Origin: an uncultured Myxococcales bacterium
Lineage (GTDB): Bacteria; Myxococcota_A; Bradymonadia; UBA7976; VGTA01
DNA length: 64,000 nucleotides
NCBI GenBank assembly: GCA_937146725.1
Contig: CAKZRU010000060.1
Coordinates: forward strand, 144,498-208,497
Direction of reading: 5' to 3'
Of the stretch, positions 9,791 to 19,900 are shown one piece after another (position 1 is the first letter of the stretch; each line of letters begins with the position of its first letter). The position numbers and the translations under genes are program-made. The notes below the pieces were generated by a model. The model ran no database searches and had not been told where the DNA came from. It worked only from the letters and a program-made list of their open reading frames with translations.

Positions 9791-10732
9791 ATGGCCAAGG
9801 ATTTATATAGTATTTTAGGGGTAAGTAAGGATGCAAGTGATAAAGATATTAAGCGTGCTTACCGAAAAATAGCTCAAGAAAATCATCCCGATAAAAATCC
9901 AGATAATCCCAAAGCAGAAGAACGATTTAAAGAGGCAGCCGCCGCCTTTGATGTACTCAAAGATTCAGAAAAAAGATCACTGTATGATGAGTTCGGACCG
10001 GATGGTCTAAGAGAGGGCTTTAATGCAGATGCCGCGCGTCGTTACGGAACATCTGCCGGTTTTGGTGGGGGCTTTGGTGGAGGCTTTGGTGGGGGCTTTG
10101 ACGATATCCTCAGAGATATTTTTGGCGGTGGTGGTGGTTTTGGTGGTGGTGGTTTTGGTGGCGGTGGTTTTGGTGGTAGTGGCTTTCAGCAAGCGCCACG
10201 TCGCGGGGCAAACATTGATGTCACCCTAAGGGTTTCATTGGCCGAAGCAGTCAATGGCTGTCAAAAAAAGCTTCATGGCTATGGTGTAGATGTTAAAGTT
10301 CCGGCGGGTGTTGCTAGTGGCCAAAAATTGCGCCTTAAAGGAAAGGGGCATCAAGGGCCGGGCGGGGCAGGACACTTAAATGTATTTATTGAGGTCAATG
10401 TTCCCAAAGAAGCTGAACTAGAAAATGAAGAGTTAGGGCATCTTAGCGTGGCGATTCCAATTACTTTACAGCAGGCCGTTCAGGGGGGGAAAGTGAGTGT
10501 TGAGCTGCCAGAAGGCGGTCAGATTAAACTCAACTTACCGGCTCAGCTCAGCTTGCCTAAAAAAATAAGAATTCCTCATCGAGGGATGACCATTAAGGGT
10601 GATCGGGGCCATTTATATGTGAAGCCTTATATTATTGCGCCACCCCTGCCGGAAAATGAGGAAAGAGCTCAAGCCCTTAATGAGCTTTTGGAAAAACTCG
10701 AGACCTTTTATGTCTCGAATACAGATCTCTAA
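9791..10732 (+). CDS. DnaJ (J-domain) co-chaperone, CbpA-like: J-domain + Gly/Phe-rich linker + DnaJ C-terminal domains, no zinc finger
   Basis: DLYSILGVSKDASDKDIKRAYRKIAQENHPDKN is a J-domain with HPD. A long GGFGG repeat linker spans nt ~10040-10200. There is no CxxCxGxG zinc-finger module. An RBS (gggggaag) precedes the ATG at 9791. The track ORF begins earlier, at 9743. Confidence 0.8.
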   Translation: MAKDLYSILGVSKDASDKDIKRAYRKIAQENHPDKNPDNPKAEERFKEAAAAFDVLKDSEKRSLYDEFGPDGLREGFNADAARRYGTSAGFGGGFGGGFGGGFDDILRDIFGGGGGFGGGGFGGGGFGGSGFQQAPRRGANIDVTLRVSLAEAVNGCQKKLHGYGVDVKVPAGVASGQKLRLKGKGHQGPGGAGHLNVFIEVNVPKEAELENEELGHLSVAIPITLQQAVQGGKVSVELPEGGQIKLNLPAQLSLPKKIRIPHRGMTIKGDRGHLYVKPYIIAPPLPENEERAQALNELLEKLETFYVSNTDL

Positions 10733-10747
10733 AAACTAAGACCGGAC

Positions 10748-12022
10748 TTAAAAATAATGCTTAACTGCCTCTAACTCGACCCAAGGCAATAAACTCACCT
10801 CAACCTGTTGACCTGCTGTGTATTGACAAGGTTGATCAGGCATATAAAGCAAGCCATCAGCTTGAGCAATGCTACTAATCCATGCCGATGATTGCCCACC
10901 GGTGAGTTCACAGCCATAAAAAGATTTCCCGGTATCTTCTTGCGTCATTCGATTTAGACGTACTCTAAATAGCTCTGCCCGGTGATGCGTTTTGCGTAAA
11001 TCATGCTGCAATATGCAGTTGATGCGTCTTAAGCCACATTGTTCTTCTGGAACACCAGCCATCTTTTGCAGTAAGGGATGAACAAAGAGTAGATAGGAAA
11101 CAACGCAAGAGACCGGGTTGCCAGGTAAACCGATGAGTAAGCACTTGGCCCCTGCACGACTCTGAATACTTGCCACAGAAAAAGGTTTTCCTGGCTTCAT
11201 CTTAACCTTCCAGAAATGCCGTTGGGCTCCGAGTACTTCGAGAGCCTCATGGATGGGATCAAAGTCACCCACACTGACCCCACCAGTCGTTAGAATCACT
11301 TGCACATCACTTTCTAAAGCACGCTGAATGGTATCAACAACTGTTTGAACTGAGTCTTTGGCCCTAAAAACAGAGTTTAATTGTGCAGATGAAGTCTTAA
11401 CTAAGGGTGCTAAGGTTAAGGCATTGGTTGCATAAATCTCGGCACCATCTAGTGCTTGCCCAGGTGATTTAAGCTCTGTTCCGGTTTCGATAATAGAGAC
11501 CTTTGCTTGCGTAATCACCGGAAGAGTGTCCCAACCTTGAGCAGCGCATAAACCAAGTACACCAGGCGTTATTTTAGTGCCTTTTTGAGCGACAAGATCA
11601 CCAACTGCTAGTTCTTCACCAGCCTTACGGATATGTTCTCCGAGTTTGGCTGTTTGTTGGATTAAAACCTCTTGTTGATCAGCGCTTGTTTGACAGTTTT
11701 CTTGGATAACCACAGCATCAGCACCGGTTGGCAGAGGTGCTCCGGTAAAAATACGAGCTGCTTCACCCTTAACTAAAGACCTTTGAGGCCAATGACCAGC
11801 AGGGATAAGCTCGCCCACTTGAAGAGTTTGACCGGCTTGAGCTTCCGCATAGCGAACAGCATAACCATCCATCGCCGATTGGGGCCAACGAGGTAAAGGG
11901 GATTCAGCATACAAATCAGTAGCTAAGTAGGCACCATTGCACTGATCAAGAGGCCAAGATTCGGCTAGATTTGCTGTTACTAGTTGTAGACAGTCACGGA
12001 TCGCATCATTTAAGGGTCTCAT
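10748..12022 (-). CDS. moeA: molybdopterin molybdenumtransferase MoeA
   Basis: 424 aa with MoeA N-domain, MPT-binding core (LTTGGVSVGDFD) and C-terminal domain. Confidence 0.85.
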   Translation of the reverse strand: MRPLNDAIRDCLQLVTANLAESWPLDQCNGAYLATDLYAESPLPRWPQSAMDGYAVRYAEAQAGQTLQVGELIPAGHWPQRSLVKGEAARIFTGAPLPTGADAVVIQENCQTSADQQEVLIQQTAKLGEHIRKAGEELAVGDLVAQKGTKITPGVLGLCAAQGWDTLPVITQAKVSIIETGTELKSPGQALDGAEIYATNALTLAPLVKTSSAQLNSVFRAKDSVQTVVDTIQRALESDVQVILTTGGVSVGDFDPIHEALEVLGAQRHFWKVKMKPGKPFSVASIQSRAGAKCLLIGLPGNPVSCVVSYLLFVHPLLQKMAGVPEEQCGLRRINCILQHDLRKTHHRAELFRVRLNRMTQEDTGKSFYGCELTGGQSSAWISSIAQADGLLYMPDQPCQYTAGQQVEVSLLPWVELEAVKHYF

Positions 12023-12050
12023 GTTGACTTATCCCATGTACTAGATGTCT

Positions 12051-12851
12051 TTAGAACTCATAGTCCCAAGCTTGATCTTCGGCGTTTGCTTGGAATTGTT
12101 CACGCTTGGCAGTCGCAGCTTTTGCAACATTCTTCAGTTTACGAAGTTCATCAGCACTTAAGTCGCGCCATTGACCAGCACGTAATTTTGGAGTGAGTTC
12201 AAGATTTGCAAAGCGAATACGACGCAGGCGTTGTACTGAGTGCCCTACTTGATCCATCATTCTACGAATTAGACGATTTCTACCCTCGGTGACTGTCATT
12301 TCCAACCAAGTGTTCTTGGGACTTACATGATGTCCGGGCGTCACAATAAAGACTTCACTCACTTTGGCAGGACCATCTTCAAGTAAAACACCCATTTGTA
12401 AAGCCTCTAAGGTTTCCAATTTTGGGTTACCATTCACTTTAACTTGGTAGGTTTTTGGTGTTTCTCCTGATGGATGAATGAGTGCATTGGTTAAATCACC
12501 ATCATTGGTCAGTAACATTAAACCTTCGGTATCAAAGTCAAGGCGACCTACGGGGACTACTCTTTCGGAGATTTCGCCAAGATGATCAAGAATGGTAGGT
12601 CGGCCACGATCATCGGAAAGCGTTGAAACGCAATGTAGAGGTTTGTGAAACATGATGTAGCGACGAGGTTCTTTCATCAATTTCTTTCCATTGACCTCAA
12701 TTCGATCCTTGGTAGGATCGGCTTTTGAACCAAGCTCTTTAACGACTTCGCCGTTGACCTTAACCAAACCTTGTTGAACAAGTTTCTCTGCTTGGCGTCG
12801 TGAACATAAGCCTGCTTGGGCAATAATCTTTTGTAATCTATCTTTAGCCAT
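12051..12851 (-). CDS. rluB: 23S rRNA pseudouridine synthase, RluB/RsuA family, with Lys/Ala-rich C-terminal tail
   Basis: N-terminal S4 domain (RLQKIIAQAGLCSRRQAEKLV). Catalytic motif VGRLDFDTEGLMLLTNDGDL. Confidence 0.85.
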   Translation of the reverse strand: MAKDRLQKIIAQAGLCSRRQAEKLVQQGLVKVNGEVVKELGSKADPTKDRIEVNGKKLMKEPRRYIMFHKPLHCVSTLSDDRGRPTILDHLGEISERVVPVGRLDFDTEGLMLLTNDGDLTNALIHPSGETPKTYQVKVNGNPKLETLEALQMGVLLEDGPAKVSEVFIVTPGHHVSPKNTWLEMTVTEGRNRLIRRMMDQVGHSVQRLRRIRFANLELTPKLRAGQWRDLSADELRKLKNVAKAATAKREQFQANAEDQAWDYEF

Positions 12852-12960
12852 GTTGTTGGCTCCTTTCTGAGCGCCTCTCGGCGGTCAAAAAGGCTCATCT
12901 CACAGCTTAAGGGCAAGGTCAAGTTTAAATCAGCGACTTTAGGTCATTCATTGAGCTTCT

Positions 12961-13809
12961 TTATGAAGTCTTTAAGTATTCTTTAAGGTATTGACTTGAT
13001 TTAAACAGATATTCAGCTGAGGGCAAATAGGTTAAATGCCGAATATTTTGTGCGCTTAAATCAATACTTCGCTGTTTAATACTTGCCGCTACAGACGGTG
13101 GCCCAATTAAACCAAGGGCTTGTTTTTGTGGATTTGAGTTCATCAAACTAGCCAATAAAGTGATTATATCAAGCATATGTCCACTGGGTCTTGCACCCTG
13201 CCCAAGCGGATAGATGAGCTTTAGAACTAGATCGGCTTGACTATACATGATTTCGGGTAGATATTTTTGACGACTTAACCTTTCCCAATCCAAATCTTTA
13301 AGACTAATCGCCGGTGCCCATGCACTGAGTTTGTAATCAAGAGAGTGACCTTGTTGGGCTTGTTCATGCATGGTTTTTAAAGCCAAACGAGCCCCTAAAG
13401 AATGTCCTATTACTTGCACTTCCCCCAGATTGCAACGCTCAGCAATCAACTCATGAAGAGCTTGTATTTGAGCATCGCATTCTGTGCGGGCTTGAGTCCA
13501 AGCATCATGAATATCGCCAGCACTCTTCATTAACTGAGACTTCACAAAGTCTAAAGATAGATTTCGGGCTTGCTTGAGAATCGGTCCTAAGGTTTCCCAT
13601 AAAAGCTCTATAGCCGATTGACTCGCCCACTGAAAAGTGAGGACTTCCACATCATCATGAGTTAAATGCTGAAAAGCAAGCTCCCAAGCTCGACGGTCGA
13701 GAGCTGCGCTAGGATCAAGCTTGTTAAAAGCAGAGCTTTGATCTTGACGAGCTAGGGTATGAGGTTCAGTTAAAAAGCCAGGAATCACAATTAAACTTTT
13801 GTGCGACAT
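12961..13809 (-). CDS. alpha/beta-hydrolase-fold protein (lipase/esterase-like, GHSLG nucleophile elbow)
   Basis: VQVIGHSLGARLAL serine-hydrolase pentapeptide. Fold typical of lipase/PGAP1-like hydrolases. No signal peptide. Confidence 0.55.
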   Translation of the reverse strand: MSHKSLIVIPGFLTEPHTLARQDQSSAFNKLDPSAALDRRAWELAFQHLTHDDVEVLTFQWASQSAIELLWETLGPILKQARNLSLDFVKSQLMKSAGDIHDAWTQARTECDAQIQALHELIAERCNLGEVQVIGHSLGARLALKTMHEQAQQGHSLDYKLSAWAPAISLKDLDWERLSRQKYLPEIMYSQADLVLKLIYPLGQGARPSGHMLDIITLLASLMNSNPQKQALGLIGPPSVAASIKQRSIDLSAQNIRHLTYLPSAEYLFKSSQYLKEYLKTS

Positions 13810-13950
13810 TGATTCTCCTTTTACAAACTTATTTAACTAACTTATAACCCCTTTTTTTAATTTAAAGCAAAGCACTTTATGATCTGACCGCCTGTCTATT
13901 TTGTCACGAATATTGATATAGACAAGCTTAAACTTACTGCTTTGATTAAA

Positions 13951-16900
13951 TTAGACGAGTTCTCTACGTCTAATGGTCATCAAGGCAAGGCATAGGAATA
14001 ATAACCATGGTGTCTTGGTACCACTTTGAGTTTCACAGCCATCATCCGGCTCAGGTTGAGCTTCGGGGAGTGGCTCACTACATACAGATTCAAGACAGAT
14101 GAGGTTATCTGGGCAACCGGTGACTTCCAAAGAAGCATCACAAGCAATGATATTTAAGTCACTATTTGCGGGTGTTTCACCTGGGTCAAGTCGACCATTT
14201 TGGTTAGCATCTTCTTCACCGTCTTCAAGTCCATCACCATCACTATCAACACTGAGTGGATTCGTCGTTGTCACCGGATCAGCATCACCGACAAAGTCAG
14301 AAGAAGTGTCATTAAGTGTTGCTCTTTCGACACCCGATTCAACACCATCACTGATGCCATCGCCATCACTATCAAAATCAAGAGCATTGATGAGGCCATC
14401 ACCATCAGTGTCAGTATCCCAACCTTCTTCAGCGCCATCAGCAATACCATCATCATCACAGTCAGCATCATTGATATCCAAGCCAACATTAACTTCTTGA
14501 GCATTGGTCAAGCCATCGGCATCAGGATCAAGTTCCGCATCATTTGGATCTTGAGGATCAAGCATAGCAACAACTTCTCTTGTATCGTCAATACCATCTT
14601 CATCAAAATCTCTTGGAATGATGATATCAGCGGTGCCTTGAAGAACATCTCCTTCAGTTGTGGTAATGGTCGCTACAATACCAGCAAAATAGCGTCCTGG
14701 GTTCATGCCAACAGCAAGTCGACCAGAGCCGTCTGTATCCGGAATGATCTGACCAATCTCCATTGGGTTTAAGGACCATTCTACCATCGCATTTTCAATT
14801 TCAACACCTTCAGTGTCATATACGGTTGCTCTAAAGCGTTCGACAGCATCAACTGTGGTCCGCAGAGTGTTAGGCTCAATTTCGATACGAGCCGGTGCAC
14901 TGTTCACTACGGTTACATCAGTTTGGCCAAAAACACCCTCGCTTACACGGGCAACGATAGCATTTGGATAATAACCAACCCGATCGGTTGCGGTAAAGAT
15001 ACCTGACTCAGTAATGTTACCAGCCATGGCAAGAGGAGCATCAAAAACAGCTTCTATATTATTGATCGCATTTCCATATTGGTCACTGATACTTGCAGAG
15101 AAACTGATGATTTGGTTAGGGATAAGCTCCGGATTAGCAGGAGTGATCATAACCGAACTTGGTGCATCAGGCACTAGATAGAGATCAACAAAAGTGCTTT
15201 GTCCCTCATAGCTGACTTTGATTTCACTGAGGAAAGTGCCTGTGGTTGTTTCGGCTCTAAACTCACCTTGGTCATCAATTGTACCCGCAGGTCCAGTTAA
15301 CACAGGATTGTCAGTAGAGCCATGGTTGCCTTCTGCATCTCTAACCTGCCATACAGCATCACTTGGCATCCAAGTATTGCCATATTCGTCGCTTGCCTCA
15401 ACTTCAAAGATTTGGCGCTGACCAACGGTTACGGAGACTTCGTCTGGAGTCACATTAAGGCGGACAGCAGGGCCAGGAGTGATGGTTACAGTTGCATCAG
15501 CTACAAAATTGCCAACTTGAGCTCTTACGGTCACTTCTTCGGTGACGGTGCCGGCACGGAAACGACCATTAGGATTGATTGAACCTTGTCCCTCAAACAC
15601 AGTGTAAACCGGTACATCATTTGTTTTGAAGCCACAGTCATCAAGGCCTTCTGCACTAAAGATAAAGTCATCATCAACTTCAACATCAGCGCGATTTGGA
15701 CTGATTTGTACAGTGGCGACTTCGCCAGCACGTACATCTACGTTTGCTGTGCTAGATAGCTCAAAACCAGTACCAGTAGCGGTTTCTACAGTAATCTCAT
15801 CGGGATAGAAATTCGGTAACACAGCACAGTCAGCCGAGATCACTCCATCAGAAGTGATCGAGAAGGATGAGGAAGCAACTCTCCCCCAATTAACGGCTAC
15901 TTCAGCATTGCTCACATTTCCTTGTGCATCAGTGAAGTAGGCAGTGAGTTGTTGGCTTGAGCCTGGGTTCATAATAATCGTGGAAGGCTCGATGTGAATA
16001 CTTACTGGTTCACCAGCTTGAACTTCAACAGTAATAAAGCGCTCAACACCTAAGTGACGAATTCTGATCGCATTGGGGTAAACTCCAGCAATTAAACCAG
16101 CAGTAAAGACACCAGCATTGGTTACCGCAAAGTTTTCTACCGAAGTTGACCAAGTTAAAGGTACATTAACTTCATTATCAAAAGCATCAAGAGCAACCGC
16201 ATCAAGGTCAATCACTTGGCCTGGTGTAACAACAATACGTTCTTCAACTTCTGTCTGCTCATTTTGAGAAGGACGTGTCACTTGAATATGGGTGACAGGT
16301 CCAGGAATAATACTGAGCTCAAGGAAGCTTGTTAAACCATTGGCATTGACTTGAATACGGCCGGTTCCGGTCATCTGTAAAGCTCTCACCAGACCGGTAG
16401 GACTGACTGTAAATAGCCCGTCGCCTTCTGCCACTGCATAGACAACATTTGTAGGCTCAATCATGTTATCATTGGCATCAAAGACCATCAGAGCAACTTG
16501 CTGTTCTTGCTGTGGAATAAGCTCAAGGCTTGCTGGGGTAAGAACAAGTCTTGTTGCTGCGCTCGGTGTTACAACAACATTTACCCGCTGCTCAATACCA
16601 CCACCAGAGGCAAGGATTGACTGAGTGTAAGTACCTGCAGTACCAAAGGCTGTGAAAAGTCCAGTTGAGGTGATTTGTCCGCCACCTGCTTCAACTGACC
16701 AGTTAATTGGTGTGTTTGTTACACTGTTACCAAATTGGTCAACTGGACTCGCTGTAAGCTGAATGCTACCGTTTGCAGTTACGGTGACTGGAGTGGGTTG
16801 AACGTTAAGTGCAGCAACTGCACCAGCAGTAATCTCTACATCAATCGCTAATTCAGCACTGCCAACACGGGCAATTAAGCCATCAGTGAAAGTACCAACA

Positions 16901-19900
16901 ACCTGTCCGGCTGTGAATTGATCTTCATCATCAATACTGCCAGCATCTGGACTTACGGTCCAGTTAACCTCAGGCATAAAGTCATTACCAAACTCATCAA
17001 AGGCAGTCACCTCAAGGTTAATCACACTACCAGCTGCGACCACAAATGGATCAGGTGTGACTTCTAGAACAGAAGCGGCAGCTGGGGTAACCACAAGGTC
17101 AGCACTTGCTTGCACACCGCCCAATTCAGCGATAACGGCTCCAAAGTAAGTGCGAGCAGATTCGCTGGCGGTGAGTAAGCCTGTGGGTGTGAGTGAACCA
17201 CCCTCAGTACTGCGCCAAGTGGGTTCTTGTTCAATCAGGTTGTTACATCCATCATAAAGTTGTGCGGTTAATTGTCTTTGTGCACCGGCTTGGATACTGA
17301 CTGGGCTTGGATTGATTTCAATGCGTTGTAAAACACCATCGGTAACCTCAAGATCGATTTGACCTACTTGTGTACCTGCTTGGGCAAATACAGCTGCAGG
17401 GTAGAAGCCACGTACACAGCCCGCTGTTAAGAGGCCTGTGTCTGCCCCGATTGAACCACTCGAGGTACTCCAACGAATTGCATCTTGTCGAGGATTACCA
17501 CAAGCATCAAAAGCATTGGCTTGTAGTTGTTGTTCGTTACCGGCAGGTAAGCTAATACTTGCCTGGGGTAAGGTCAAAGTCGCCACTTCACCAGGAAGAA
17601 CAGAGATACTTGAGAAAGCTGTAAATTGACGATTAAATTCATCTGTATAAACAGCACTTAAACCTGCAACACTGGTTCCTTCAGTAGAACAACCGACCGT
17701 TAGTCTTTGTCCATTTGAAGGTAGTCCTGCACCAGATACACTAGCATTTGTAATAGGTGTTGACCAAAGAGGCTCGACAGTCTTTAAACGACCACATTCA
17801 TCAACACCAACCGTTTCAAATACCTGTGATGAGCCCATACGAACTTGAGCGCTGTTAGGTTGAATTGAAAGTTCACGAAGTGGTGCACCGGTAACGGTCA
17901 CATTTGCTGAGCTTTGTAGATTTTCAGCGCTGACTACGATCGCACTATTAAACGCACCAAGATTACAACCTGCGGTGAAGATACCGGTTTGATCAATTGC
18001 GCCTGCTGTACCATTGGTACTAAATACGGGATTACTCGCTGGTCTAGTAAAGCCACAAGCATCGGTGACGGTGACACTGAAGTTCTCTGAGGTTGTCGCT
18101 GGAATATTGAGAGATGATGGAGAAATATCAAGCTGGGTCACAATGGCTCCACCTTGATCAACAATAAGGTCAGAGCTACGACTGACTGAACCAAAAGTAG
18201 CGGTTACGGCATTGTTGTATGTACCAGGAGCACAGCCCGCTGTCACTCTACCGGTGACTGGATCAATGGTTGAGCCACCAGCAGCTGAAATACTCCAAGT
18301 CACATCTACATCTGGAATCACGTTGTTGAAAGCATCTTTAACCACCGCACTATATAATACAGTTCTTGTGGTTGAAACCGATTGAGTTGCTTTGCTGATG
18401 ACAATTTCAGCGGGCACATTTGGAGTAATCTTAATATCGGTTACCCCACTGACATTGCCGGCAGTGATTCTTAATGAGCCAATATAATCACCAGCAACAG
18501 AGTTAGCGGTAAACATACCACCGGCAGTCACACTCCCACCACCATTGATGACTTCGTAAGTAAAGGGTTGATCATATTTGAAAACAAAACCAAAGGCATC
18601 ACGTGCACCGGCTCTGATTTGTAAGCTATCTTCAGCGGCTACGGTGAATGGATTATCAAAGGAACCGAGTTCCGCTACTTGGCAGTAATTTTCACGAACT
18701 GGACAAGTCCAGTCATTAAAGTAACAGGCAGGAACGCCATTACACTCTCCTGGCGCACCATTGCGCTCGTCAGGAGCAACACAGCCACATCCTAAGTCAA
18801 CATCTAGACTGGTGGTTAGATTGCCAAACTGTGCATGAAGTGCGCTATTGTATAAGCCTGGTGTTGCTGAAGGACGGAACTGATCGGTTTCTTCATTAAA
18901 GATACCTACAGTTTCATCAATGGTCCAAACGGCGGGAGCTACTGGGAAGACATTACTATCTCGACGACCCCATAAGGTTAATTCCACTTCACGACCGGTT
19001 GCAAAACTTGTTGAGTTGGCAAGAGCACCATCAACATACATAAAGATTTCTTCAGGGCCAAATTCAAAGGCACCGATATCACAGCCAGAGTTCCCATCAA
19101 AATCACCATCAAAAGGACGGGGAATACCATCGATGTCAACCTTGAGGCCACCCATGCTTTGAGGTGCATTTGGGGCTAGGTCACAGCGACCTAAGTCAAT
19201 CAGAGGAGAACCACTGTCTAGTCTGAAAATTGGGTCAGCTGCAGGGAAATCGGCAACAAAGCTTGGGCTTACACTAATTGAATTAGCATCTGGAGAGAAT
19301 CCACTATAAAGGTTGGGGTAATCAAAAACATTGTTATTATTGGTCACCAATGGAGCAGAGTTGATGCGCTCTATCGCAATGCCGGTACCTCGTACCACAT
19401 TGTTATTATTAAGACGTGTAGTACTCGCATTAACAGTACCCTCAAGTGAAATACCGATCACATTTTCTACCAAAGTATTATTGGCAATAATATTATCAAG
19501 ACCAGAAGCAACAGTGCTATCAGGAAGTGAACGAATACCGTATCCACTCATCTTAGTGATCAGGTTATTAGCGATTTCTGCGCTACCTCTAGTGAGCACA
19601 CCTTGAGCACCGCCAGAGACCTGATTCCCGTAAATAACAGTATGTTCTGCTTCAACCTGTACACCGCCACCAGCACTCGTTCCATCTGGTTTGGTAAACT
19701 CATTAATCGTATTGGCACTAATTTCTACTTGATCTCGGCTTGCAATACTTACTGAACCTTGGAAACTATTCGCATGGATTAAACCTTGTCGATAAAGAGC
19801 CACTGTTGTTTTATCAGAAACTTGAGAATGACTAAGGTTCAATGTACCAACATTAACAATAATAGAGCCCGATACATTGATTTGATCAAAGTTTAGGGTA

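Noticed and set aside
10040-10200. Nucleotide tandem repeats (ggtggcggtggttttggt...) in the DnaJ-like gene
   Set aside because: They simply encode the Gly/Phe-rich linker typical of DnaJ/CbpA proteins. This is not an independent repeat element.
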